Source: an uncultured virus (IMG/VR IMGVR_UViG_3300034092_002689)
Lineage: Duplodnaviria; Heunggongvirae; Uroviricota; Caudoviricetes
Virus record (IMG/VR): IMGVR_UViG_3300034092_002689
Direction: 5' to 3' (one strand)
Length of the DNA stretch: 20,000 nt
Shown here piece by piece: positions 8,693-17,034 of this stretch (position 1 is the stretch's first letter; every line of letters starts with the position of its first letter). A model generated the notes under the pieces. The model worked only from the letters and a program-made list of their open reading frames with translations. It did no database searches and was not told the DNA's origin. Both the position numbers and the translations under genes were made by a program.

Positions 8693-9763
8693 ATGGGGAA
8701 TCGTTTAAGCCACTCACAAGTCAGTAAATATCAACAGTGCGGAAAAGCATATGAATTTTGGTATTTAAAAAAGATACGCCCCATAAAGTCCAGAGCGGCA
8801 CTTCTCTTTGGTAGCGCTTTAGATAAAGCAATAGGAGAACTGTTAAATGGAAAAGGAACTATCGATCCCGAAAAAGTTTTTGATGATTTGTGGACGCATC
8901 AAGCTATTAATAACCATCTTACTTTTCTTCCTACTTGTACTACCATTGTATACTCTAAGTCAGATTTTGATAAAGACCTTTTCTCCGAAGAGAATGCGAA
9001 GGAAGTGGGCTCGACTACGAAAGAGATTCTCGAAATCATCGAGAAAAGAAATAAATTAGGACACGACCATTTAAGCGAAGAAGAAAAGAAAATAGCGAAC
9101 CATGCGATGTGGTGGTGCCTTTATCATAAAGGTCACTACATGATTAAAGCTTTTCGTGAAAAAGTCTTACACCGACTTACAAAAATACATAGCACGCAGG
9201 AGTATATCGAACTTGATAATGGCGATGATAAAGTCATTGGCTATATTGATATTGTTGCCGAAGTCGAAGGTTACGATACTCCGATTGTATTGGATTTAAA
9301 AACATCAGCCATCGAATACGAAGAAGATGCAGTGCTGACATCACCTCAATTAACTCTGTATCTCCATGCTGTTACTGATAAGTACAAAACCCGCAAGGCC
9401 GGTTACATTGTTTTAAATAAACATCTTATCAAGAACCGCAAAAAAAGCTGTGCCAAGTGTAGTTACGATGGTTCTGGCGGAAGACACAAAACATGTCCAA
9501 ATGAGATAGAAGGGAAGAGATGCAATGGAGAATGGAAAGAAACAGTCAGTCCAGAAGTCTATGTCCAGTTTCTCATTAATGAGATTCCTCCACAAACTGA
9601 AGATCTTGTATTGGAAAATATTGACGATATTAATACCGCTATAAAAACAGGCCACTTTACCAGAAATTTATCAATGTGTACCAATACCTACGGTGGGCCA
9701 TGCGATTATATTAATCTTTGCTATAAGGGTAAAATGGATGGGCTACAAAAACAGGGGGAATAA
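8693..9763 (+). CDS. PD-(D/E)XK (RecB/AddB/Cas4-like) exonuclease
   Basis: LSHSQVSKYQQC, FGSALD, GYIDIV, VLDLKTS, QLTLY and a C-terminal C-x7-C-x5-C. Confidence 0.88.
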   Translation: MGNRLSHSQVSKYQQCGKAYEFWYLKKIRPIKSRAALLFGSALDKAIGELLNGKGTIDPEKVFDDLWTHQAINNHLTFLPTCTTIVYSKSDFDKDLFSEENAKEVGSTTKEILEIIEKRNKLGHDHLSEEEKKIANHAMWWCLYHKGHYMIKAFREKVLHRLTKIHSTQEYIELDNGDDKVIGYIDIVAEVEGYDTPIVLDLKTSAIEYEEDAVLTSPQLTLYLHAVTDKYKTRKAGYIVLNKHLIKNRKKSCAKCSYDGSGGRHKTCPNEIEGKRCNGEWKETVSPEVYVQFLINEIPPQTEDLVLENIDDINTAIKTGHFTRNLSMCTNTYGGPCDYINLCYKGKMDGLQKQGE

Positions 9764-9957
9764 TGTGGGTAAAACTATCTGAGGGGATTTTTTTCTTTGG
9801 GCCGGGTGGCGTAACAATTATCAAAGATATTGACTTGCGTGATAAACCAGAATCGTTTATGATGAGATCAGAGCTTTACTCCGGTGGTTTTAGAGTGGCT
9901 ATCGTTAAAGAAACATCCGAAGTTATTTTGGAAAAGCTCGGGGGGAAAATCGAGTGA
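9763..9957 (+). CDS. Small hypothetical protein, weakly FlbD/SwrD-like
   Basis: GGGGG SD and TAATG overlap. MWVKL...IVKETSEVILEKL resembles the FlbD family ends (MIKL...VKES.EEI..KI); judged by eye only. Confidence 0.6.
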   Translation: MWVKLSEGIFFFGPGGVTIIKDIDLRDKPESFMMRSELYSGGFRVAIVKETSEVILEKLGGKIE

Positions 9958-10145
9958 ATATAGAGGTATACTTGAACAATGGGGAACAACACACAATCGT
10001 TTTCGAAAAAGCTAAAGAAGATTTTTTTGATGTTCTTAAGTTTAATCGTGACTCGTTTTTACAGGATACGGATGGCATTTACTTCATTGTCTCCAGCATC
10101 ATGTCATTCAAATTCAAAGGAGGAACAAATGGGAAGGAAGCCTAA
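9954..10145 (+). CDS. Small beta-rich hypothetical protein, 63 aa
   Basis: GGGGGG SD; GTGA overlap with the upstream gene. Confidence 0.7.
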   Translation: MNIEVYLNNGEQHTIVFEKAKEDFFDVLKFNRDSFLQDTDGIYFIVSSIMSFKFKGGTNGKEA

Positions 10146-10437
10146 ATTTATGATTTCATCTTTAAAACAAGAAGAAGAGGTTATGGCAACAACAGGGGAA
10201 CACAAAGAAGAAGTTAAACAAATAGAGGATATTGTTGAACAACCAACAGTTAATCCTCACAATGTTAGGCATGCATACAGCTTAATTGAAAATGAAGGCA
10301 AGTATCATGTTGTTTCCGTTGAGTTTGATCCAAACAAACTCGTTGCCGGTAAAGTTAAAAAGATTGAATCACATACCGAAAAATTTATCATGCAAGAACG
10401 CTTACAAGTTCTTCTTTTGGGAGATGATTTAATATGA
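10129..10437 (+). CDS. Hypothetical protein, about 102 aa
   Basis: ATG 10129 follows GGAGG. The track start at 9979 would overlap the upstream gene almost entirely. Confidence 0.7.
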   Translation: MGRKPKFMISSLKQEEEVMATTGEHKEEVKQIEDIVEQPTVNPHNVRHAYSLIENEGKYHVVSVEFDPNKLVAGKVKKIESHTEKFIMQERLQVLLLGDDLI

Positions 10438-10673
10438 GCACAAAACATTTAAATATGGTGGTCCATGATATTGGAGCACTATTAATGAATGTCTCCATTT
10501 TTGTTTTGTTTTACAGCGTCGATAAAAAATTATCCGTTATGATTGGCGGTTTATATTTGATGAAAACTGTCGCTGGATTTTTGTATGCAAATGAAGTTAA
10601 AAAGCAAGATAAAGAAGCGATGGAAGAAATAGAAAGACTTTTAAATGTGAAGGATGATGAAGACGCATCTTGA
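10434..10673 (+). CDS. Small membrane protein with 2 predicted TM segments
   Basis: Hydrophobic IGALLMNVSIFVLFYSV and LSVMIGGLYLMKTVAGFLY, then a charged C-terminal tail. Confidence 0.7.
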   Translation: MSTKHLNMVVHDIGALLMNVSIFVLFYSVDKKLSVMIGGLYLMKTVAGFLYANEVKKQDKEAMEEIERLLNVKDDEDAS

Positions 10674-10716
10674 ACATTTGAATGCAACGATATAAAAATA
10701 AAGAAGGGAGAATCAA

Positions 10717-11322
10717 ATGAGCAGTCTTATTTATAAAAAAATGTCTGATGTCATGAAAGATGTCGGAGCAATTGGTAAGGATCAAAAGAACACACAGCAG
10801 GGGTTTAAATTTCGAGGCATTGATCAATTCGTTAATGCTTTGTACCCCGCTCTCACTAAGCATGGAGTTTTCATGTCTCCTCGTGCCACTTCGTTTACTC
10901 ACGAATTAAAGGATGTAGTTCGTGGATCCGGTAAAGCTGGTGTCGATAAGCATGTCTCTATCATGATGGAATATGATTTTTATGCTGAAGATGGATCTAA
11001 AGTAACCATTGGCCCCGTTCCTGCTGAAGGACTTGATAGCGGTGATAAGGCTACGAATAAAGCACTTTCTGCTGCTCTCAAGTATGCTCTTATTCAAACC
11101 TTTAGTATTCCTACTGAGGATATGGCAGAGGCGGATTTTGAAAGTCCTGAGATTGGATCTACAAAACCTGTAGCAGTATCTGCCGCCACGACTCCTGCAG
11201 TAGCTGCAGAAACCAAAGCAACGGTAGAGCCAATGCGTAAATCCTCTTTTCGCAAACCTAAGACTGTAACGACTTCTGCCGTTTCAGAAACTACGGAGAC
11301 TGCATCAGATGACTGGAGCTGA
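10717..11322 (+). CDS. erf: ERF-family single-strand annealing protein
   Basis: IGKDQKN.QQGFKFRGID...ALTKHGV and GLDSGDKATNKALSAALKYAL are ERF signatures; low-complexity tail ending in DDWS. Confidence 0.85.
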   Translation: MSSLIYKKMSDVMKDVGAIGKDQKNTQQGFKFRGIDQFVNALYPALTKHGVFMSPRATSFTHELKDVVRGSGKAGVDKHVSIMMEYDFYAEDGSKVTIGPVPAEGLDSGDKATNKALSAALKYALIQTFSIPTEDMAEADFESPEIGSTKPVAVSAATTPAVAAETKATVEPMRKSSFRKPKTVTTSAVSETTETASDDWS

Positions 11323-11665
11323 AAATAAGGAGCAACAAACCATCTTGTCTCCGGATCAAGCTGCTACAATGGTATTTAAATACTATTGGCCAATGTACAA
11401 AAAATTAGTATCTAAGCTTTCTAACAAGGACGCAAGACGCTTGAATGAAGCGGTAGTGGGATATCCACTTGAAGTATTAGATAAAAATTTTTATAGCAAA
11501 GAAGCTAAGGAAGCCTTTAAACTTGCTAAGGCTTTGATGGATGCCAAGTTTGTACTTCAACAAAAAGTATTAGCAGAAGCTATCCAGCAAAACCAAGCGA
11601 ACGAAGGAGAAACTACGGTGGAATCTCCAGCGAATACTAATACCGAAAATGAAGGAGAAAAATAA
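11309..11665 (+). CDS. Hypothetical helical protein, 118 aa
   Basis: GGAG SD; overlaps the end of erf. Confidence 0.7.
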   Translation: MTGAENKEQQTILSPDQAATMVFKYYWPMYKKLVSKLSNKDARRLNEAVVGYPLEVLDKNFYSKEAKEAFKLAKALMDAKFVLQQKVLAEAIQQNQANEGETTVESPANTNTENEGEK

Positions 11666-11938
11666 ATGGCTGGCAAATTAAAGCGAGAAGTAGTGGGATC
11701 GTTTCTTAAGTCTAAGGACGATAGCAAACCTCCTTATCTAAAGTTTCGTACTGCGCTTACTTTAAAAGAAGGCGAAGTAATCCGTGTAGAGAATAAAAAG
11801 TTCCAACTCCAATCGTTGGAAACTGCAATCAATGCTGGAAAACTTAATGGTGAAATTGCTGAAAAAGCAAAAGAACGCATCAATAAGATTCCTGACTTTG
11901 TAATTGCAGAACTGGTAGTGCTGAAGAACGCAGAATAA
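11666..11938 (+). CDS. Hypothetical basic protein, 90 aa
   Basis: AAGGAG SD; last gene before a strong terminator. Confidence 0.75.
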   Translation: MAGKLKREVVGSFLKSKDDSKPPYLKFRTALTLKEGEVIRVENKKFQLQSLETAINAGKLNGEIAEKAKERINKIPDFVIAELVVLKNAE

Positions 11939-11951
11939 TACCAGATAGATG

Positions 11952-12003
11952 CCCTGTAGTTTGTCGTTTATTATCCCTTTTCGGCAAGCTACAGGGTTTT
12001 TTT
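11952..12003 (+). terminator. Rho-independent terminator with a large loop
   Basis: CCCTGTAGTTTGTCG (11952-11966) pairs with CGGCAAGCTACAGGG (11982-11996): 15 bp including 2 G:U, a 15-nt loop, then T7. Confidence 0.85.
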
Positions 12004-12024
12004 CAATAAGGGGTAAACAAGGGG

Positions 12025-13968
12025 ATGAGCATGGAATACTACAATTTCAAAGAGGGTCTAAACTCCAAGGGGAGACTTGTAACTTTAGAGCAACTAGAGA
12101 AACTAGAAAAAGATCCCAATAAAGATTATTACATCAGCATTTATAAATATAATGAACAACAAAGAAAAAAGGTGGAAGAAAAGGGTTCAGTTTCTGGCAT
12201 CAGAGATGTTACCACGGATATTCTTGTATGGGATTTTGATAGCGCAAATAATCCTGATGATGCAAGGAAGGATGTAATTACCTTAGCCCATCGACTTGTG
12301 GAATGGTACAATATTGATGTAGACACCATCCAATGTTATTATTCAGGAAGTAAAGGATTTCATGTTGTTCTTTACTTAGGACAGCAACAAGTAACGCCAG
12401 ACCAATTCAAAAAAGCCACTACATTTATTGCTGAAGGTTTAAAAACTTTCGATGTTGTCGTAAGTGATCCGGCGAGAGTTATTCGACTGGAATATACTAA
12501 GCATCCCAAAACTGGCTTGTATAAGATACCGTTGCATATTTCTGAAGTAGACGAAATGACCATCGATGAAATTAAAGAATTGGCTAAAGAAGCTCGAGAA
12601 GATGTAGAATTTTCTGCAGCTCCTGTACGCCTTCCTCAAGACTTATTTAAATTAGAAGAAAAGAAAAAGAAAGAAACAGTGGAAATCGAGGCAGCATCAA
12701 AACCGCCGAAAGGCTGGAAAGAATACAAATGGGCTATTGCTCAAGGTCAATTTGAATCAGGCGAGCGTCACCAAGCTTTAATGGTTCTAGCTGCCACCTG
12801 TAGGGCTTTGGGTTATGACAAAGAGCAAACCTATTACATGTGTAAAACTGCGCTTAAAAAGCAAGCTAGGCGCACAGGGCAAGATGAGTTTCCTAAAGAA
12901 GAACTTTGGAATAACATTATTGAGGAGTCGGTATTTTCTGATCGTTGGGAAGGTGGGCAATATTCTCCTAAGACTAATGCTTGGCTTAAAACCTATTGCG
13001 AACGCATGGGATTTGATACCGAAGAAAAAGAAGAAGCTCCTTGCGTAGATTTAGATACATTAACTGAACAGTTTTCTGATTACGCAACAAACTTTGAACA
13101 GAACATCATTAAGACAGGCATTACAGAACTTGATGAAAATGTAATGTTCTCGACCTCAACACTGAATGGTCTACTCGGACAACCCGGATCAGGCAAAACG
13201 ACGATGGCTTTGAATTTTCTGTTGAATACCTCTTTAAACGGTATACCGTCAGTATTCTTGTCATTGGATATGGGCGCTCCTATCGTATATGCAAAGCTTG
13301 TACAAAGAGCCACAGGTTATTCATTCAAGAAAGCATTGGAGCTATTTCGAGTAGATCCAGTAAAAGCGAAGAATATTGCTAATGAAATTAAAAATACTTA
13401 TCGTAATGTTGGCTTTAACTTTAAATCTGGCCTCACTGTTGCTGACATCAAAGATGTTATTAATAGGCAAACTGAGTCAACAGGACTTAGACCTCGTTTA
13501 CTTGTTATTGATTATCTTGAGTGTCTCGCTGGTCCTTATAGCGATGCTACTGCCAATGCAGCGTTAATCGCCAATCAACTTAAAGATTTAGCTAATGAAG
13601 AGGAGTTAAGCATCTTATTACTTTTACAAACACAGAAGCATTCGACACCGGATATTTCTGATCCGCTCCTTTCCATGAAACAGATAAAAGGAAGTTCTGT
13701 AATTGAACAAGCTTGCTCAACAGTGCTGACCTTATGGCGTGAAGGGTATAATCCTCGTTTTGTAGAGGACGATAAATATATATCATTTGCAGTTGTTAAG
13801 AATCGATTTGGTTCTTTGTGGCAAGGGGACTTTTCTTGGGATCCAATAAGAGGAAACATTCGTTCTCTGACTGAAGAGGAAAGAGAAGAGTTTGAACATT
13901 TCAAAGAGCGTAAAAAACAACAAAGGGCAAACGAAGCTCGGGAAATGGAAGAGTGGGGAGGTCGCTAA
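12025..13968 (+). CDS. Primase-helicase: AEP primase-polymerase domain, PriCT-like domain and DnaB/RecA-type (SF4) helicase
   Basis: AEP motifs LVWDFDS, YYSGSKGFHV and DPARVIRL; PriCT-like GERHQALMVLAA; Walker A GQPGSGKTT, FLSLDM, Walker B LLVIDYL, LLLQ and VVKNRFG. The start may be ATG 12031. Confidence 0.9.
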   Translation: MSMEYYNFKEGLNSKGRLVTLEQLEKLEKDPNKDYYISIYKYNEQQRKKVEEKGSVSGIRDVTTDILVWDFDSANNPDDARKDVITLAHRLVEWYNIDVDTIQCYYSGSKGFHVVLYLGQQQVTPDQFKKATTFIAEGLKTFDVVVSDPARVIRLEYTKHPKTGLYKIPLHISEVDEMTIDEIKELAKEAREDVEFSAAPVRLPQDLFKLEEKKKKETVEIEAASKPPKGWKEYKWAIAQGQFESGERHQALMVLAATCRALGYDKEQTYYMCKTALKKQARRTGQDEFPKEELWNNIIEESVFSDRWEGGQYSPKTNAWLKTYCERMGFDTEEKEEAPCVDLDTLTEQFSDYATNFEQNIIKTGITELDENVMFSTSTLNGLLGQPGSGKTTMALNFLLNTSLNGIPSVFLSLDMGAPIVYAKLVQRATGYSFKKALELFRVDPVKAKNIANEIKNTYRNVGFNFKSGLTVADIKDVINRQTESTGLRPRLLVIDYLECLAGPYSDATANAALIANQLKDLANEEELSILLLLQTQKHSTPDISDPLLSMKQIKGSSVIEQACSTVLTLWREGYNPRFVEDDKYISFAVVKNRFGSLWQGDFSWDPIRGNIRSLTEEEREEFEHFKERKKQQRANEAREMEEWGGR

Positions 13969-14288
13969 TGGAAGAAGAACAAGAGTTTGCCGATAACTTA
14001 TTTGAAATTTTTGCTAAAGAATATGTTTCCATTCTTATTGATATGACGGTGGAAAGCGTTAATCAAAACGGAGATGAAGTGGAGATAAGCAAATCTCCAT
14101 TATCCGTAGTGGGGTTTCTTACCGACGAAGATGATGTTTATTTTTATCTTGGAGAAAAAGTAAATGTATACAATCAAGCCGTTAAGAAAGACAAAGTAAT
14201 TCATATTGAAGTAATTGAGGAACCAAAGAAAGAAAAGGAAACTATATTTAAATCATTAAAGGGTCCAGACGGTAAAGGCTACAATTAA
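13968..14288 (+). CDS. Acidic protein of about 106 aa with a possible Sm/LSm (Hfq-like) fold
   Basis: TAATG overlap and GGGGAGG SD give ATG 13968. VSILID...VVGFLTDEDDVYFYL...AVKKDKVIHIE follows an Sm1/Sm2-like pattern. The gene is solid; the fold is tentative. Confidence 0.6.
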   Translation: MEEEQEFADNLFEIFAKEYVSILIDMTVESVNQNGDEVEISKSPLSVVGFLTDEDDVYFYLGEKVNVYNQAVKKDKVIHIEVIEEPKKEKETIFKSLKGPDGKGYN

Positions 14289-14305
14289 AAAAACATAAAG
14301 GGATT

Positions 14306-16435
14306 ATGGATAAATTAATTCATGGCAAAGCTGGTATTGAGCGGATTGTAAGCATTGAAGTACAAGATGAAGCGGTAGAAATATTTCAACAAGAGTTAGA
14401 TGGAGAAATTAAAACTATCACTTATCCTCATAGGTACTGGATATTATCAGATCAAAATATCGACGGTAAATTTTCCAGACTAAAAGGTAATCTCTTTTAC
14501 AAGTATGGCACTTTATTTAAAAATCGAGAAACATTTATAGAATATCGAAATCGCTGGAAGAATTTAAATTCGTTCAGCATTTGGAATGCGGAAGAAGCAG
14601 CAATGATCAAGGATGGTTATTGCTACTTCTTAGGATTAAAACATAAAGAAGTTTCAATATTATCTTTTGATATTGAGTCTACCGGCATCAACCTTGATAA
14701 AAAATCCTATGTAATATTAATTAGTAATACTTATAGAGATAGCAGAGGAAATATCACTCGTAAGTTATTTTCATGCGACGATTATAAAAATCAACAGGAG
14801 ATGATTAATGCTTGGTGTTCATGGGTTCGTGAAAAAAATCCTTCAATTTTGTGTGGCCATAATATTTTTGGCTTTGATCTTCCCTATCTTAGCTATTGCC
14901 ATGGCGGTAGTCTCAGTTTGGGCAGAGATGGAAGCGGATTGAATTTCGAAGATCACGAATCTAAATTTCGAAAAGATGGAAGCCAATTTCTTCATTATAA
15001 AAAAGTAAAATGTTATGGGCGAAGTATCGTTGATACTATGTTTCTTTCCATCAAATATGATGTCGGCAGGAAATACGAGTCATATGGATTAAAATCCATC
15101 ATAAAACATGAAGGCTTAGAAAGATCTGATCGTCAATTTTATGATGCTAATAAAATAAAAGATAACTATAAAAATCCAGAAGAACTAAAGAAAATAAAAG
15201 CATATGCCGAACATGATGCAGATGATGCATTAGCTCTGTATGACCTCATGGCCCCTCCGTTCTTTTACATGGCCCAATCCATTCCCAAGACTTATCAGGA
15301 GATTATGACTGGAGCCACTGGATCGCAAATCAATGCTGTGATGATGCGAGCTTATTTACAAGATGCTCATTCTCTTCCAAATGCGGATGAGGCGATGGAG
15401 TATCAGGGAGCAATATCGCTCGGAGAAATTGGTATCTATTCTGCCTGTCATAAGGTGGATGTGGCCTCTCTGTATCCTTCCATCATGATAGAATATGAAG
15501 TGTTTGATGAAGACAAGGATCCAAACAAATACTTCCTACAGCTTGTTAAAACATTTACCGAGAAGCGCCTAGAGTACAAAAAGAAAGCTAAAGAAGATAA
15601 ATACTTCGACGACCTGCAAGGCGCATATAAAATCTTCATTAATAGCTGTTACGGATTTTTAGGAACAAACGGATTGTTGTTTAATAGCCCAAGCGCTGCA
15701 GCCTTCATTACTGAAACCGGTAGAGAAATATTACAAATCTCCATTAATTGGGCTAAGTCAAAAAATTATACTATTGTGAATGCAGACACCGATAGTATTA
15801 CCTATTCAGATCCAAATAAATCACTGATGAATAAATCAGTAAGAGAGCAAAATCTCGTAGAGCTTAACTCTTTGTATCCAGAAAAAATACGATTTGAAGA
15901 TGACGGGTTTTTTAAACGAGTAATTGTTTTTGCTCCTAAAAATTATGTTCTACAAAAAGAAGATAATTCAATAAAGATTAAAGGATCTGCCCTTAAAGAT
16001 TCAAAGCGTGAACCTGCGTTAAAGCAATTCGCCGAGGAAGTGATTCAAGAGTTATTGGAGAATGGCGACCATCAAAAAATACAGGATATTTACTATAAGT
16101 ATATCCGAGAGATTAAGTATGGCATTAAAGATATAAAACGCTGGTGCAGTAAAAAAACTATTACAGATAAGATATTCACTAGCGAAAGATCAAACGAAAC
16201 TAAAGTCAAAGATGCAATACACGGCAGTACATATCGAGAAGGCGACAAGGTGTGGACTTTTTTTAAATCAGACGGAAGCCTTTGCCTTATGGAAAATTAT
16301 ACTGGCGATTATGATAAAGATGCCATGTATAAGAAAGTATTCCGATCTGCTGAATTCTTTACGAATGTTCTTCCATCCGATCTATTTGTAAACTACAGCC
16401 TCAAAAGATCCAAAAAACTATTAGAAATACTATAA
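14306..16435 (+). CDS. polB: Family B DNA polymerase with 3'-5' exonuclease
   Basis: ExoI SFDIESTG, ExoII GHNIFGFDLPYL, ExoIII YAEHDA; polymerase motifs DVASLYPS, KIFINSCYG, ADTDS and KNY. Confidence 0.95.
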   Translation: MDKLIHGKAGIERIVSIEVQDEAVEIFQQELDGEIKTITYPHRYWILSDQNIDGKFSRLKGNLFYKYGTLFKNRETFIEYRNRWKNLNSFSIWNAEEAAMIKDGYCYFLGLKHKEVSILSFDIESTGINLDKKSYVILISNTYRDSRGNITRKLFSCDDYKNQQEMINAWCSWVREKNPSILCGHNIFGFDLPYLSYCHGGSLSLGRDGSGLNFEDHESKFRKDGSQFLHYKKVKCYGRSIVDTMFLSIKYDVGRKYESYGLKSIIKHEGLERSDRQFYDANKIKDNYKNPEELKKIKAYAEHDADDALALYDLMAPPFFYMAQSIPKTYQEIMTGATGSQINAVMMRAYLQDAHSLPNADEAMEYQGAISLGEIGIYSACHKVDVASLYPSIMIEYEVFDEDKDPNKYFLQLVKTFTEKRLEYKKKAKEDKYFDDLQGAYKIFINSCYGFLGTNGLLFNSPSAAAFITETGREILQISINWAKSKNYTIVNADTDSITYSDPNKSLMNKSVREQNLVELNSLYPEKIRFEDDGFFKRVIVFAPKNYVLQKEDNSIKIKGSALKDSKREPALKQFAEEVIQELLENGDHQKIQDIYYKYIREIKYGIKDIKRWCSKKTITDKIFTSERSNETKVKDAIHGSTYREGDKVWTFFKSDGSLCLMENYTGDYDKDAMYKKVFRSAEFFTNVLPSDLFVNYSLKRSKKLLEIL

Positions 16436-16457
16436 AAATAAATATCAATAATAAGGA

Positions 16458-16486
16458 TTGACTTTACCTTTTTAGTAAATTAAATT
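16458..16486 (+). promoter_or_regulatory. Sigma70-type promoter
   Basis: TTGACT (16458-16463), 17 bp spacer, TAAATT (16481-16486). Confidence 0.6.
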
Positions 16487-16493
16487 AATTTAA

Positions 16494-16727
16494 GTGGTTA
16501 CTTCAATAAAAGATTTCAAAAACAAAAAGAAGTACAAAAGTCTAGTGGAGGATCTTAATAACATCCTGAAAGTTATTAATCTATCTCGGAAAAGTCTTAA
16601 TTTTTATCGAAAGTATCTTCCGGTTCAGGACATAATAATAACCTTAGATGATAGTAAAGTATTAATACAAAGTTATAAGGATAGGTATGAAGGTGAACTG
16701 GAAAAACTTGAGAAAAAAAATACCTAA
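16494..16727 (+). CDS. Basic helical hypothetical protein, 77 aa, possibly leaderless
   Basis: GTG lies 7 nt downstream of the -10 box with no SD; the ORF fills the gap before the next gene. Confidence 0.6.
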   Translation: MVTSIKDFKNKKKYKSLVEDLNNILKVINLSRKSLNFYRKYLPVQDIIITLDDSKVLIQSYKDRYEGELEKLEKKNT

Positions 16728-17034
16728 TAGAGTGCGCACGAAAGCTCGTACTCATTATGAAGTTTTATGGAGTGACGAATTCTGGTTTGATGAGAAAACC
16801 GGAAAAAAAACTTACGGCACTACACGATTTGATCCCAATTTAATTACTTTAAATATTAATCAAGGCGATAAAGAAACCATCCACACATATTTTCACGAAT
16901 ATATTCATGCTTTATCTGTAGACTACAATTTAGACCTTACTGAAACTCAAGTAGAAAACTTGGAAAAAGCTTTTCCATATGTAAGAGAATTTATTCTTAT
17001 GTTGGAAGGTAAAAACAAACGGGGGAAAAAATGA
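16687..17034 (+). CDS. Small HEXXH zinc metallopeptidase-like protein
   Basis: YGTT...ITLN...TYFHEYIHAL...LTETQVE gives HExxH plus a downstream Glu, a minimal zincin (ImmA/IrrE-like) layout. Confidence 0.7.
   Translation: MKVNWKNLRKKIPNRVRTKARTHYEVLWSDEFWFDEKTGKKTYGTTRFDPNLITLNINQGDKETIHTYFHEYIHALSVDYNLDLTETQVENLEKAFPYVREFILMLEGKNKRGKK

Noticed and set aside
8693..9763. Cas4-like nuclease as evidence of a CRISPR system
   Set aside because: No repeat-spacer array or other cas genes are present; the ERF neighbour points to recombination.
10434..10673. Two-TM protein as a holin
   Set aside because: It sits in the recombination unit with no adjacent endolysin; topology alone is not enough.
11666..11938. 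Possible single-stranded DNA-binding protein after erf
   Set aside because: The position fits, but there is no recognisable OB-fold signature or acidic tail, so it is left as hypothetical.
6804..16435. DNA base-substitution pathway (dZ or 7-deazaguanine) suggested by a purine enzyme near PolB
   Set aside because: No purZ, datZ, mazZ, dpdA, folE or que genes are recognisable here; it cannot be excluded elsewhere in the genome.
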